Positions 28,799 through 42,239 are shown, counted from the stretch's first letter. The stretch is DNA of 64,000 nucleotides from Acidimicrobiia bacterium (GCA_009835395.1 VXXM01000006.1:27632-91631); one strand, 5' to 3'. Numbers and translations are program-made. Notes: generated by a model not told the origin, from the letters alone.

Positions 28799-30217
28799 GT
28801 GTCCGACCTCGACCCCAACCTGTCCGTATCCGACGACTCAACCCCAGAACCGACTCCCGCTGAAGAGACACCCGAGCCGTCAGCTTCTGCAGAGAGCCCC
28901 CCGGCGGAGGAATCCGCCTCCGAGACCGCCGACGAGATGACCGAGGCGTACGAGCCGCGGGAGATCGCGGTCAACGACCTCGACGACGAGGCGTTGGCCG
29001 CCGCCTACAGCGCCAGTGTGGTGACGGTCGAGGAAGGCACGATGGTGGTCGGCCACGTGGTGCGGATCGACAACGACGAGGTGCTCATCGACATCGGCTT
29101 CAAGTCCGAAGGAGTCATCCCGTCGCGCGAACTCTCGATCCGCAACGACGCAGATCCCGGCGACGTGGTGGCGATCGACGAGGAGGTCGAGGCCCTCGTC
29201 CTGCAGAAGGAGGACAAGGAGGGCCGCCTCATCCTCTCCAAGAAGCGCGCCCAGTACGAGCGCGCCTGGGGCAACGTGGAGGAGGTCAAGGCCGCCGGTG
29301 GGGTCGTCTCGGGAACCGTCATCGAGGTCGTCAAGGGCGGACTCATCGTGGACATCGGCCTGCGCGGCTTCCTGCCCGCCTCGCTCGTGGACCTGCGGCG
29401 GGTGCGTGACCTGCAGCCGTTCGTGGGCAGCAAGGTGGAGGCCAAGATCATCGAGCTCGACAAGAACCGCAACAACGTGGTGCTGTCGCGCCGGGCGTGG
29501 CTGGAGGAGACCCAGAAGGAGCAGCGCGAGGAGTTCCTGGACAACCTGAAGCCGGGCGAGGTCCGCCGGGGTGTCGTCTCCTCGGTCGTTCCGTTCGGGG
29601 CGTTCATCGACCTCGGCGGGATGGACGGCCTGGTGCACGTCTCGGAGCTGTCGTGGCGCCACGTGGACCACCCCAGCTCGGTCGTGTCGGTCGGTGACGA
29701 GGTGGAGGTGCAGGTGCTGGAGGTGGATCCCAGCCGCGAGCGCATCAGCCTCTCCCTGAAGGCCACCCAGCAGGATCCCTGGCAGGAGTTCGCCGCCACC
29801 CACCGGGTCGGCGAGCTGGTCTACGGCCGGGTCACCAAGCTGGTCCCGTTCGGCGCCTTCGTGCAGGTCGGCGAGAGCATCGAGGGACTCACCCACATCT
29901 CGGAGATGTCGGCGCACCACGTCGAGGTGCCCGAGCAGGTCGTCACGCCCGGCGAGGAGCTGTGGGTGAAGATCATCGACATCGACCTGCAGCGGCGCCG
30001 CATCAGCCTGTCCATCAAGCAGGCCGCCGAGGGCGGTGTGGTGTCCGCCGAGTTCCAGGAGCACTTTGGCGAGCACGCCTTCGACGAGGAGGGCAACTAC
30101 CTGGGCACCGTCGAGGAGGGGGAGCCCGTCGGGCCGGGCGACTCCGCCGGCGCCGCCGAGGAGTTCGGCGCCGAGGTGGAGGAGGCCGAGAGCTTCGAGG
30201 CCGTCGCCAGCGGCTGA
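28799..30217 (+). CDS. rpsA: 30S ribosomal protein S1
   Basis: Four S1 domains (DIGFKSEG, GLVHVSELSW); acidic termini. Confidence 0.96.
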   Translation: MSDLDPNLSVSDDSTPEPTPAEETPEPSASAESPPAEESASETADEMTEAYEPREIAVNDLDDEALAAAYSASVVTVEEGTMVVGHVVRIDNDEVLIDIGFKSEGVIPSRELSIRNDADPGDVVAIDEEVEALVLQKEDKEGRLILSKKRAQYERAWGNVEEVKAAGGVVSGTVIEVVKGGLIVDIGLRGFLPASLVDLRRVRDLQPFVGSKVEAKIIELDKNRNNVVLSRRAWLEETQKEQREEFLDNLKPGEVRRGVVSSVVPFGAFIDLGGMDGLVHVSELSWRHVDHPSSVVSVGDEVEVQVLEVDPSRERISLSLKATQQDPWQEFAATHRVGELVYGRVTKLVPFGAFVQVGESIEGLTHISEMSAHHVEVPEQVVTPGEELWVKIIDIDLQRRRISLSIKQAAEGGVVSAEFQEHFGEHAFDEEGNYLGTVEEGEPVGPGDSAGAAEEFGAEVEEAESFEAVASG

Positions 30218-30238
30218 GGGCGATCCGGCCGGCGCTCG

Positions 30239-30856
30239 ATGATCGAGGTCGGCCTCACCGGCTGCATCGGTTCGGGCAAGTCCACCGTCGCCGCCGCCCT
30301 GGTGCGTCGCGGCGCCGTCCTTCTGGACGCCGACGCCATCGTCGCCGAACTGCAGCAGCCGGGTCGTCCGGTCCTGGAGGAGATGGTGGCGCACTTCGGG
30401 CCCTCCATCCTGCGACCCGACGGGCATCTGGACCGCGCCGCCGTGGCCGCCGTCGTCTTCGAGGATCCGCGGGAGCTGGCGGCGCTGAACGCCATCGTGC
30501 ACCCGGCGGTGCGCTCCGAGATGGCGGCTCGGCGCCGGGAACTGGCCGGCAGCGACGCCGTGATTGTGGCCGACATCCCGCTGCTCGCCGAGTCGGGGCC
30601 CGAGCGGCGGAAGGGGCTGGCAGGCATCATCGTCGTCGACGTCGACCCCGAGATCGCCGTGCGGCGCCTGGTTGCGGGACGGGGCCTGACGGCCGGCGAG
30701 GCGCGGGCACGGCTGGCCCGCCAGGCCACGCGCGCCGAGCGCCTGGAGTTGGCGGACTTCGTGATCGACAACAACGGCACGCCGACGGCGTTGGAGGAGC
30801 AGGTGGACCGCTGCTGGCAGTGGATCGGCTCGTTGCGGGGCCCGGCGGCCGGATAG
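30239..30856 (+). CDS. coaE: Dephospho-CoA kinase
   Basis: GLTGCIGSGKST, LNAIVHP, DIPLL, DFVIDN. Confidence 0.93.
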   Translation: MIEVGLTGCIGSGKSTVAAALVRRGAVLLDADAIVAELQQPGRPVLEEMVAHFGPSILRPDGHLDRAAVAAVVFEDPRELAALNAIVHPAVRSEMAARRRELAGSDAVIVADIPLLAESGPERRKGLAGIIVVDVDPEIAVRRLVAGRGLTAGEARARLARQATRAERLELADFVIDNNGTPTALEEQVDRCWQWIGSLRGPAAG

Positions 30857-30896
30857 ACGCCCGCTCGCCGGCCCGGCCTCTGGCTAGGGTCGTCTC

Positions 30897-32981
30897 ATGA
30901 CCTCCGGCGCCGACCTCGTGGCCTCGCGCCGCCACACGCCGTTCCGCATGGTGGCCGACTTCCGGCCCGCCGGAGACCAGCCGGCGGCCATCGCCGGGCT
31001 GTCCGAGGGCATCGGCGGCGGCGAGCGCTTCCTCACGCTGCTGGGCATCACGGGATCCGGCAAGAGCGCCACCATGGCCTGGACCATCGAGCAGGTGCAG
31101 CGGCCGACCCTGGTGCTGGCGCCGAACAAGTCGCTCGCAGCCCAACTGGCCAACGAGTTGCGGGAGTTCTTCCCGCACAACCGGGTGGAGTACTTCGTCT
31201 CCTACTACGACTACTACCAGCCCGAGGCGTACATGCCGGCCAGCGACACCTACATCGAGAAGGACGCCTCGATCAACGACGAGATCGAACGGCTGCGGCA
31301 CTCCACCACCTCGGCGCTGCTGACCCGCCGCGACGTGGTGGTGGTGGCCTCGGTGTCGTGCATCTACGGCCTCGGCGGGCCCGACGAGTACCAGAACCAG
31401 TTGCTGGTGCTGCGCACCGGCGAGTCCTACGACCACCGGGCCATCCTGCGCCGGCTGGTGGACATGCACTACGAGCGCAACGACACCAACCTGGCGCGGG
31501 GTCGCTTTCGGGTGCGCGGCGACACGCTGGAGGTGCGACCGGCCTACGAGGAGAACGTGGTCCGCGTGGGGCTGTTCGGCGACGAGGTGGAGCGGATCAC
31601 CGTGCTCGACCCGGTCACCGGCGAGCGCCTCGACGACCTCGACGAGATGATCCTCTTCCCGGCCAGCCACTACGTCACCACCCCCGAGCGCCTGCAGGCC
31701 GCGGTCGGGCGCATCGAGAGTGAACTGGCCGAGCGGCTGGGGTACTTCGAGTCGACGGGGCGGCTCCTGGAGGCGCAGCGCCTGCGCATGCGCACCACCT
31801 ACGACCTGGAGATGCTGCAGGAACTCGGCTACTGCAACGGCATCGAGAACTACTCGGCGCCCATCGACGGCCGGGGCACCGGCGAGGCACCGTTCACCCT
31901 GTTGGACTACTTCCCCGAGGATTACCTCACCGTGATCGACGAGTCGCACGTGGCCGTGCCACAACTGCACGGGCAGTACGAGGGCGACCGCAGCCGCAAG
32001 CTGACCCTCATCGAGCACGGCTTCCGCCTGCCCTCGGCCGCTGACAACCGGCCGCTCACTTTCGACGAGGTCATGGAACGGGTGGGTCAGGTGGTGTTCC
32101 TGTCGGCCACGCCGGGGTCCTACGAACTGTCGGTGTCGGACCGGGTGGTGGAGCAGATCGTGCGCCCCACCGGGCTCGTGGATCCCGAGGTGGTGGTGAA
32201 GCCGACGAAGGGTCAGATCGACGACCTGCAGGAGCTGATCCGTCGGCGGGTCGCCGCCGGGGCGCGGGTGCTGGTCACGACCCTCACCAAGAAGATGGCC
32301 GAGGACCTCACCGAGTACCTGCTGGAGATGGGCGTGCGGGTGCGCTACCTGCACAGCGAGGTGGACACGCTGGCCCGCATCGAGATCCTGCGCGACCTGC
32401 GGCTCGGGCACTTCGACGTGCTGGTGGGCATCAACCTGCTGCGCGAGGGCCTGGACTTGCCGGAGGTCTCGCTGGTGGCGATCCTGGACGCCGACAAGGA
32501 GGGGTTCCTGCGCAGTGAGACCTCGCTGGTGCAGACCATCGGCCGCGCCGCCCGCAACGTGGACGGCGAGGTGGTCATGTATGCCGACGTCGTCACCGAC
32601 TCGATGCGCCGGGCCATCGAGGAGACCAACCGCCGCCGTGCCCGCCAGCAGGCCCACAACGCCACCCACGGCATCAGCCCCCAGACCATCCGCAAGGCGG
32701 TCACCGACATCCTGTCGCTCATCCGACCCGAGGAGACGGCGCCGGTGCCCCAGCGCCAGCGCCACGAGCGGCGCGGGCGCCGCGGCGTCGTCGGTGCAGC
32801 GGCCGAGGGCCTCGACGTCTCGAGTGACGACCTGCCGCGGCTGATCGCCGCGCTGACCGAGGAGATGCAGGCGGCCTCCGCCGATCTGCGTTTCGAGTAC
32901 GCCGCCCGGCTGCGGGACGAGATCAACGAGTTGCGCCGGGAGATGCGCGACATCGCCGGCGCACACGCCGTCGGCGCCTGA
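30897..32981 (+). CDS. uvrB: Excinuclease ABC subunit B
   Basis: [43 protein letters not shown] tail. Confidence 0.97.
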   Translation: MTSGADLVASRRHTPFRMVADFRPAGDQPAAIAGLSEGIGGGERFLTLLGITGSGKSATMAWTIEQVQRPTLVLAPNKSLAAQLANELREFFPHNRVEYFVSYYDYYQPEAYMPASDTYIEKDASINDEIERLRHSTTSALLTRRDVVVVASVSCIYGLGGPDEYQNQLLVLRTGESYDHRAILRRLVDMHYERNDTNLARGRFRVRGDTLEVRPAYEENVVRVGLFGDEVERITVLDPVTGERLDDLDEMILFPASHYVTTPERLQAAVGRIESELAERLGYFESTGRLLEAQRLRMRTTYDLEMLQELGYCNGIENYSAPIDGRGTGEAPFTLLDYFPEDYLTVIDESHVAVPQLHGQYEGDRSRKLTLIEHGFRLPSAADNRPLTFDEVMERVGQVVFLSATPGSYELSVSDRVVEQIVRPTGLVDPEVVVKPTKGQIDDLQELIRRRVAAGARVLVTTLTKKMAEDLTEYLLEMGVRVRYLHSEVDTLARIEILRDLRLGHFDVLVGINLLREGLDLPEVSLVAILDADKEGFLRSETSLVQTIGRAARNVDGEVVMYADVVTDSMRRAIEETNRRRARQQAHNATHGISPQTIRKAVTDILSLIRPEETAPVPQRQRHERRGRRGVVGAAAEGLDVSSDDLPRLIAALTEEMQAASADLRFEYAARLRDEINELRREMRDIAGAHAVGA

Positions 32982-33058
32982 ACAGCGGCGACTTCTCACC
33001 AGGTTTTCCACAGCCGGGGAGGACTCCGATGCGGCGTTCCGGCACCTACGCTGGACCC

Positions 33059-35947
<2,889 letters not shown>

Positions 35948-36144
35948 TAGCGGATATCCCTGGTAGGCCCCACCCGGCCGGGGTCGCCCGACTCTCGTTT
36001 GCTCGCCGGTCGGCGGTGTACTTGAATGTCCCCATTGCGGCGCCTCGGTAAGCCGTGCGCGCCACCGATACAAGCGCGGCGCGGGCCGGGCCGTTGGTCT
36101 GGGCCGTGCCTCACGATGACCAACCCACAGGGGGAGAACCGAAC

Positions 36145-37761
36145 ATGACACGTAGACGTATGACTCGTTGGCTCGTGATGCCGCTGCTGGCCGCGCTGGC
36201 CGTGCTTGCGGCATCGTGCGCCGACACCGGCGCGGCCGATGACGCCATGGCCGAGGCTGCGGCTGCCCGCTCCGAGGCCGCTGCTGCGGCCGCCGACGCC
36301 GCTGGGGCGGCTTCGGCTGCTTCCGCTGCATCGGCCGACGCCGCCGCGGCGAACAACCGGGCGGACGCCCTCGAGGCCGAGACCGCGGCCGCCAACGCCG
36401 CTGCCGCGGCAGCGCAGGCCGCTGCGGACGCGGCCAGCGCGGCGGCGGACTTGGCTCAGGCCACCGCCGAGGGCAACGTGGCGGCTGTGGCCGCTGCGGA
36501 GGCAGCCCTGGAGGCTGCCCAGGCCACCGCCGATGAGGCACAGGCCTTCGCCGCGCAGGCGCAGGAGGAGGCCGCTGCAGCCCAGGCCGAGGCTGCTGCC
36601 GCGCAGGCCGAGGCCGAAGCCGCCCAGCAGGAGGCCGCAGCTGCGCAGGCCGAGGCTGCCGCTGCGGGCGAGGAGGCCGCCGCCGCGCAGGAGTCGCTCG
36701 CTTTCGCAACCGACCAGCTCGCAGCCGCCCAGGCGGCCGCCACCGAGGCCGGCGGCGACCTGCCGTTCACGCACGTCCTCAGGGACGGCAGCGACTTCGT
36801 GCTGAACGAGCGCATCGCCCGCAAGATCCGGACCGGAGAGCCGGTCAACTACCTGTTCTCCTACCAGTCCTCGGGTATCGCGCTGTTCTCCGACCAGTAC
36901 GAGGCGGGCTTCCAGGCCACCCAGGGTGATGCCTACCGGATCTACCCCATGAACTTCACGGTCGTGGCGCCGGTGACGAGTCCCTTCGACATCCAGGAGC
37001 AGATCGCCCAGATCGAGGCGCAGGTCGCCGTCGATCAGGTCGACTGCCTGTCGATCGAGCCGGCGGACTCGAACTCCTTCACGGAGCTCACGAACCGCCT
37101 CCTCGCCGATGGCATCCCCGTGTTCACCGTGGGCCTCACGACGAACGGCAACGAGTTCACCAACTTCACCCAGGTGCCGTACAACGAGGGCCGTCAGGCC
37201 GCCGAGCTCTCCGTGGAGTTCATGCGGGAGAACGGCTACGAGTGGGACACCTTCATGGTTTCCGGCGGTGACCCGACGCAGTTCTGGGCCCAGGGCCGGA
37301 TGACGGGCTTCTACGACCGCATCCTGGAACTGCTGCCCGACGCCGAGTTCCTCACCACTCCCGATAACGGGATCCAGGTCGGCGGCGGCGGCTATGACCC
37401 GGGGATCAGCTACGACGACTACTCGGCGATCCTGGTCGGCAACCCCGAGTTGGACTTCATCGAGAACGTGGACATCGGCGCCGAGCACGCCAACCGGGCG
37501 ATCATCGACGGTGGCCGCGAGGGCGAGGTGTTCACGATCGGCTGGAACGTCAGCTACGGGCAGCTCGACGGCGTCGAGCGGGGCATCCAGGTTGCGGCGC
37601 TCGACCAGCGCTGGTCGGAGCAGGCCGGCTTCGGCGCCATCGCCTGCGCCGAGTTCCTGGCCAACGGCAGGATTCTGCCGAACACGCAGACGCTGCTGCC
37701 GATCCAGAAGGAGCAGGTCGAGGCGGCCCGCCGCGACCTGGATCTGATTCTCGGCGGCTGA
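36145..37761 (+). CDS. Sugar-type (CUT2, RbsB-like) ABC substrate-binding lipoprotein with long Ala-rich N-terminal extension
   Basis: Lipobox LAASC (Cys25); ~177 aa Ala/Glu/Gln region; class I periplasmic fold motifs (LSIEPAD, GIPVFTV, YNEGRQAA); first gene of SBP-permease-ATPase operon. Confidence 0.82.
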   Translation: MTRRRMTRWLVMPLLAALAVLAASCADTGAADDAMAEAAAARSEAAAAAADAAGAASAASAASADAAAANNRADALEAETAAANAAAAAAQAAADAASAAADLAQATAEGNVAAVAAAEAALEAAQATADEAQAFAAQAQEEAAAAQAEAAAAQAEAEAAQQEAAAAQAEAAAAGEEAAAAQESLAFATDQLAAAQAAATEAGGDLPFTHVLRDGSDFVLNERIARKIRTGEPVNYLFSYQSSGIALFSDQYEAGFQATQGDAYRIYPMNFTVVAPVTSPFDIQEQIAQIEAQVAVDQVDCLSIEPADSNSFTELTNRLLADGIPVFTVGLTTNGNEFTNFTQVPYNEGRQAAELSVEFMRENGYEWDTFMVSGGDPTQFWAQGRMTGFYDRILELLPDAEFLTTPDNGIQVGGGGYDPGISYDDYSAILVGNPELDFIENVDIGAEHANRAIIDGGREGEVFTIGWNVSYGQLDGVERGIQVAALDQRWSEQAGFGAIACAEFLANGRILPNTQTLLPIQKEQVEAARRDLDLILGG

Positions 37762-37775
37762 TACTCGGACACCCC

Positions 37776-37814
37776 CGTGATGGGAGGAGGGACCCGATCC
37801 CTCCTCCCATCACG
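37776..37814 (+). terminator. Perfect 17-bp intercistronic hairpin after the SBP gene (likely mRNA stabiliser/attenuator, no U-tract)
   Basis: cgtgatgggaggaggga-cccga-tccctcctcccatcacg. Confidence 0.7.
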
Positions 37815-37849
37815 ACGTTCCCGAGGCTGATCACCCAGGGGGAAGTCGC

Positions 37850-38986
37850 GTGAGCAACGACACGAACGACGCAGGGACCACGGTGCCCGACGAGCCTCGC
37901 GACCGGGTTCTCCCGCGGCTCGGGGGACTGGGTCTGCAGCGCGTCGGCGGGCTGCTGGCGGCCGTCGTCATCGCGGGGTTCATCTTCGCCGTCTGGTCGG
38001 ACTGGCTGTTCCTCAAGACGGGGAACCTGGTCGTGATGATCAGATTGATGGGGGTGCTCGGCATCATCGGCCTCGGTCTGCTGGTCGTTCTCCTGGTTGG
38101 CGAGATCGACCTGTCGTTCTCTGCGCTGGCGGTCCTTTCGGCCGTCGTCATGGGGAAGATGTGGGTCGAACTCGGCTATCACATCGCCATCGGGATCCTG
38201 GTTGCGTTCGCCGTCGCCATCGGGGTTGGTCTGTTCAATTCCTTCTTCGTGAACGTGGTCAAGGTGCCGTCGTTCATCGTGACATTGGGATCCAACACAC
38301 TCGTTTTCGGGTTCACCCTGCTCATAAGCAGGAATACGCCGATCCTGGCGCAGAAACTGCCGCCGGATCCAGAGGAATGGCAGGTACGCGGCGGCGACTA
38401 CGTCGACGCCGCCGAGTACACGTTCTTCCGGGCGCTGGCCAGCAACTACGCGCTGCCCGGCCGCTTCCCGCTCCAGGTGGTCTGGTTGGCGGGATTCGCA
38501 ATCGTGTTCGGCATCCTGCTGTCGCGCGGCGTGTTCGGCTTCAGGATGAAGGCCATCGGCGGCAACGAGCAGGCGGCGGTTTTGGCCAAGCTGCCGGTGC
38601 GCCGCTACAAGACGCTGGCCTTCGTGATCTGCGCCTGCATGGCGGCAGTGGGTGGTCTGCTGGACTTCTCCTTCATCTCGCAGGTCCAGCCCAATCAGGG
38701 TGGCGTCTACCTGTTCCCGGTGTTCACGGCCGTCATCGTCGGCGGTGCGAGCCTGTCGGGAGGGCGCGGCACCGTCTCGGGCACCCTCTTGGGAGCCCTT
38801 CTGCTGGCCGTCATCTCCAACGGCCTGGCCCTCAACGCGACAGGCGCGTTCGTGCAGCAGATGTGGCTGGGTACCGTCACGATCGGCGCGGTCGTGCTGG
38901 ATCAGTGGACGCGGAGTCGCCAGCGGAGCGAGTCGCTGGGCGCCGGACTGCGAGATCTGGGCAGGCGACTCGGTCTCCTGAGGTGA
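37850..38986 (+). CDS. CUT2 sugar ABC transporter permease
   Basis: GEIDLSF, VPSFIVTLG, AIGGNEQAA, VIVGGASLSGGRG. Confidence 0.92.
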   Translation: MSNDTNDAGTTVPDEPRDRVLPRLGGLGLQRVGGLLAAVVIAGFIFAVWSDWLFLKTGNLVVMIRLMGVLGIIGLGLLVVLLVGEIDLSFSALAVLSAVVMGKMWVELGYHIAIGILVAFAVAIGVGLFNSFFVNVVKVPSFIVTLGSNTLVFGFTLLISRNTPILAQKLPPDPEEWQVRGGDYVDAAEYTFFRALASNYALPGRFPLQVVWLAGFAIVFGILLSRGVFGFRMKAIGGNEQAAVLAKLPVRRYKTLAFVICACMAAVGGLLDFSFISQVQPNQGGVYLFPVFTAVIVGGASLSGGRGTVSGTLLGALLLAVISNGLALNATGAFVQQMWLGTVTIGAVVLDQWTRSRQRSESLGAGLRDLGRRLGLLR

Positions 38987-38996
38987 GTGGCAGGCG

Positions 38997-40571
38997 ATGA
39001 CGGCTGTGGTCTCCGGCGGGAGCATCGTCATCGAGGGGCTGCACAAGCGCTACGGCGACACCGTCGCGCTCGACGGGCTGGACATCACCGTGCAGCCCGG
39101 CGAGATCCTGGGCATCGCCGGGCCCAACGGTTCGGGCAAGAGCACGATGGTCAAGACGCTGGCGGGCGAGGTGATGGCCGACCGGGGGCGCATCCTGCTG
39201 GACGGTGCCGAGCGCGACGCCGCGGAGCTGGCTGCCCAGGTGACGATCGTGCACCAGGAGCCACAGGTCTTCCTGAACCTGACGGTTGCGGAGAACCTGC
39301 TCGTCGGCAGGGAGCACAGGAAGATCCTGAACCGGCGCATCGATGCCGCCGAGTCCGAACTGCTGGCGGACATGGGTCTGAGCGCACATGCCGACACGCC
39401 CCTCGAGCATCTCCCCCTGGCGGCGCAACAGCGCACCGAGATCGCCCGCGCCCTGGCGCAGGATGCCCGCATCTTCCTGTTCGACGAACCCAACTCGGCT
39501 CTGACGGAGGAGGAATCCGAGGATCTCTTCCGCAGGATGCACGACCTGGCCAATTCCGGTTGCCTGGTGATCCTCGTGTCGCACCGGTTGCACGAACTGG
39601 TGGTGCATGCGGACCGGGTGGGGATGATCATCGACGGGCAGTGCCGGGTGATCCTGAGCGGCGACGACCTGACCGAGGAGCGCGTGGCTCGCGAACTCGT
39701 CGTCGGCGTTGCCAAGGGAGGCGAGGCCGGAGCCCAAGCCCTCAAGGGCGACATGGCGGGGGCCCGAGCGGGCGGTGAGCAGGACTCGGTGGCTCTGAGG
39801 CTCTCAGGCTGGACACACCGCGACGGCGGATTCTCCGACATCGACATGTCGGTGGGGCTCGGCGAGATCGTGGCCATCTCCGGTGTGGAGGGATCCGGAG
39901 CCCGCGCGCTGGTTCACTCGCTGGCGGGCTTCGCACCGGCGACCGGCTCTCTTCGTGTCGGGGTGGACAGCACCGCGGAGGCGAACGGCGACGGCAGGAG
40001 CACCAAGACCGCCACAGAGCAGGTGGGATTCGTGGGGGCGAACCGGGCGGAGAACCTCTTCTTCAACCTCTCGGTGGGCGAGAACCTGCTGTCCCGCCTC
40101 ACCGTCGACATCAGTGACCGGCTGGGGTTGCTGCATCCCCGGACGATGCGGGACGCGGCGAACCACCTCGCTGACCAGTTCCAGGTCAAGGCCGGCTCGG
40201 TGGATGATCCGATGGGATCGCTCAGCGGCGGCAACCAGCAGAAGGTGGTCATCGGTGCGGCCACCGCCACCCGCCCGAAAGTCCTGGTCCTGGAGGAACC
40301 CACCCGAGGCGTGGACGTGGGCAGCAAGTCCGAGATCTACCGGCTGCTGCGCCAGTACGCCGATCCGGAAGGTCAGCTGGGGCTCCCCGGGATGGAGGGC
40401 CACGGTGAGGCCGTCGTGCTTTATTGCACCGAGGACGCCGAGATCTTCGAGGTCGCCGACCGGGTCTATGTCATCGCCCAGGGCCGCATCTCGGGCGAAC
40501 TGAACCTCTCGGACTACGACGACGTGGAGTCCTTCGCCGCCGACCGCGTCCACCTCGAAGCCGGCGGCTAG
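38997..40571 (+). CDS. CUT2 sugar ABC transporter ATPase (two fused ABC domains)
   Basis: GPNGSGKST, FDEP, LSGGNQQK, EEPTRGVDVG. Confidence 0.92.
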   Translation: MTAVVSGGSIVIEGLHKRYGDTVALDGLDITVQPGEILGIAGPNGSGKSTMVKTLAGEVMADRGRILLDGAERDAAELAAQVTIVHQEPQVFLNLTVAENLLVGREHRKILNRRIDAAESELLADMGLSAHADTPLEHLPLAAQQRTEIARALAQDARIFLFDEPNSALTEEESEDLFRRMHDLANSGCLVILVSHRLHELVVHADRVGMIIDGQCRVILSGDDLTEERVARELVVGVAKGGEAGAQALKGDMAGARAGGEQDSVALRLSGWTHRDGGFSDIDMSVGLGEIVAISGVEGSGARALVHSLAGFAPATGSLRVGVDSTAEANGDGRSTKTATEQVGFVGANRAENLFFNLSVGENLLSRLTVDISDRLGLLHPRTMRDAANHLADQFQVKAGSVDDPMGSLSGGNQQKVVIGAATATRPKVLVLEEPTRGVDVGSKSEIYRLLRQYADPEGQLGLPGMEGHGEAVVLYCTEDAEIFEVADRVYVIAQGRISGELNLSDYDDVESFAADRVHLEAGG

Positions 40572-40577
40572 GGAGAC

Positions 40578-42239
40578 TCAGCCGCTCCTCGTGATGACGA
40601 CCGTGTCGGCGGTCGAGGTAGCCGATCGCACGGTGATGGTGTAGCCGCGAAGGCTGAGGCTCTCACCTTCGGTGAGGAACGGGGATCGGTCAATCGTCCC
40701 GCTGCCGGTGTCGTCCCCGATCTTGAGCGGGAGTGCGCCCGAGTCAAGGGTGGAATCCACCGTGTACACCAGCACACCATCGCTTCCCCACGGGATGTCG
40801 TCGTAGCCGATCCGGCGCCTGCTCTCGACGACGATGACCTCGGTGTCCGAGAGGGGGATTGCCGCCATTGCCGTCCCGTCGCCGGGGTCGGCGACGGGGC
40901 TCAGAACGACCGTCGCGTCGCCCTCGGTGACACAGCGGACCTGACCGGTGGTGAGCCAGCCGAGTTGCCAGCGGCTCCAGGCCAGCATCTCGGGGTGGGT
41001 GACGTAGCTCGCGTTGTCGCCGATGGCCGGGTAGTAGACGTCCAACCCCATGAGACCGAATCGAGCATATGCCCAAGTCGTGCTGGCCGGCCGCTCGGGT
41101 CGGTCCACGATGTGCGGGTAGAGGTCTGCAAGGCCGAAACTGTGCGCCATCTCGTGCGCCATGACGTCACCCCAGTCGAAGGGTTCACCGGGGCGATCGG
41201 ATCTCACCCACGAGTTCACGACCGGTGCATGAGCGATGTCGTCCTCCGCCGTGGTGAGCGGCGGAGACTGAACTCCGGCAGCGCCGGCCCAGAAGTGCGA
41301 ACTCGGCATCACCACCAGCGCCATGCCGTATCCGGTGAAGTCGAGGTGTGGATCCGCCAGCCGCACGGCTTCGGCTTGAGGGGTTACTCCCACCGTGACC
41401 CACCGCCGACCGTCCCAGATCGATTGTCCGTCGAGGTTGTATTCGTCGTAGTCGTGCTCGGCGCGGAGCCAGCGGTGCAGCGGCTCGAACTGCAGGTCGA
41501 GCCTTCCGTAACTTGCGCCCTCGAGGTACGTCTCGATATGGGCGAGCGCGGAAGCCGACTCCTGGCGAGTCGTATGGGTGGCCTCGGCGTTGGGGAAGTC
41601 CAGGAACAGCACTGCGACGCGCACCGTCCCGGTCGCCCGAAGGAAGACAGGGGGCAGCGGGAATCCCACAGTGTCGTTGTGGATGCCCCGCGGTCGGCAC
41701 GCGGCATGTCCATTGCCGTCGACACCGACGGAACTCGCCGGTTCAGACTCCGCCGCGCCCGTCCGGAGCGTCAGAGGGGAACTGACCAGCCACCGCCCGA
41801 CGGTCGCGGTGGTGGGGAAGAAGCGCCGGGACGGCAGCATCCGGTCGCTCCAGGAGTTGTCCGCTAGGCGCTGCTGCAGGCCGAACTCGATCCGGCCGTC
41901 GGCGACCTTGCGGGCCACGATGCGTGCGCCCAGCGTGAGGGGGGAACTGACCAGCCAATGCCCGACCGTTGCGGTGGTGGGGAAGAAGCGCCGGGACGGC
42001 AGCATCCGGTCGCTCCAGGAGTTGTCCGCCAGGCGCTGCTGCAGGCCGAACTCGATCCGGCCGTCGGCGACCTTGCGAGCCACGATCCGCACCGTGTCCG
42101 GGCCTTCCTGGGCCTCTGTGGGATCTCCGGTGAACCCGGCGAAGAGAATTGCGACGAGAGCGGCGATCAGGAGACCAGACAGACAACGCCGCCATCGACT
42201 CGAGACTGGGGAACCAAGGCACGTGACTGTGAATTGCAT
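40578..42239 (-). CDS. Secreted M6 (immune inhibitor A-like) metalloprotease with tandem 55-aa N-terminal module
   Basis: Signal peptide; HEMAHSFGLADLY, FGLMG Met-turn, WSRWQLGW, GVLVYTVD. Confidence 0.78.
   Translation of the reverse strand: MQFTVTCLGSPVSSRWRRCLSGLLIAALVAILFAGFTGDPTEAQEGPDTVRIVARKVADGRIEFGLQQRLADNSWSDRMLPSRRFFPTTATVGHWLVSSPLTLGARIVARKVADGRIEFGLQQRLADNSWSDRMLPSRRFFPTTATVGRWLVSSPLTLRTGAAESEPASSVGVDGNGHAACRPRGIHNDTVGFPLPPVFLRATGTVRVAVLFLDFPNAEATHTTRQESASALAHIETYLEGASYGRLDLQFEPLHRWLRAEHDYDEYNLDGQSIWDGRRWVTVGVTPQAEAVRLADPHLDFTGYGMALVVMPSSHFWAGAAGVQSPPLTTAEDDIAHAPVVNSWVRSDRPGEPFDWGDVMAHEMAHSFGLADLYPHIVDRPERPASTTWAYARFGLMGLDVYYPAIGDNASYVTHPEMLAWSRWQLGWLTTGQVRCVTEGDATVVLSPVADPGDGTAMAAIPLSDTEVIVVESRRRIGYDDIPWGSDGVLVYTVDSTLDSGALPLKIGDDTGSGTIDRSPFLTEGESLSLRGYTITVRSATSTADTVVITRSG
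41767..42089 (-). repeat. 165-nt tandem duplication encoding two near-identical 53-aa modules
   Basis: 41767-41924 vs 41932-42089; RIVARKVADGRIEFGLQQRLADNSWSDRMLPSRRFFPTTATVG(H/R)WLVSSPLTL. Confidence 0.95.

Noticed and set aside
33004-33012. TTTTCCACA DnaA-box-like 9-mer upstream of uvrA
   Set aside because: Single box, no cluster or AT-rich unwinding element; not enough to call a site
35950-36144. Possible riboswitch in the 5' region of the sugar ABC operon
   Set aside because: No recognisable aptamer consensus; only generic GC-rich pairing
39860-39930. Degenerate Walker A (GVEGSGAR) in second ABC domain
   Set aside because: Normal for CUT2 RbsA-type ATPases
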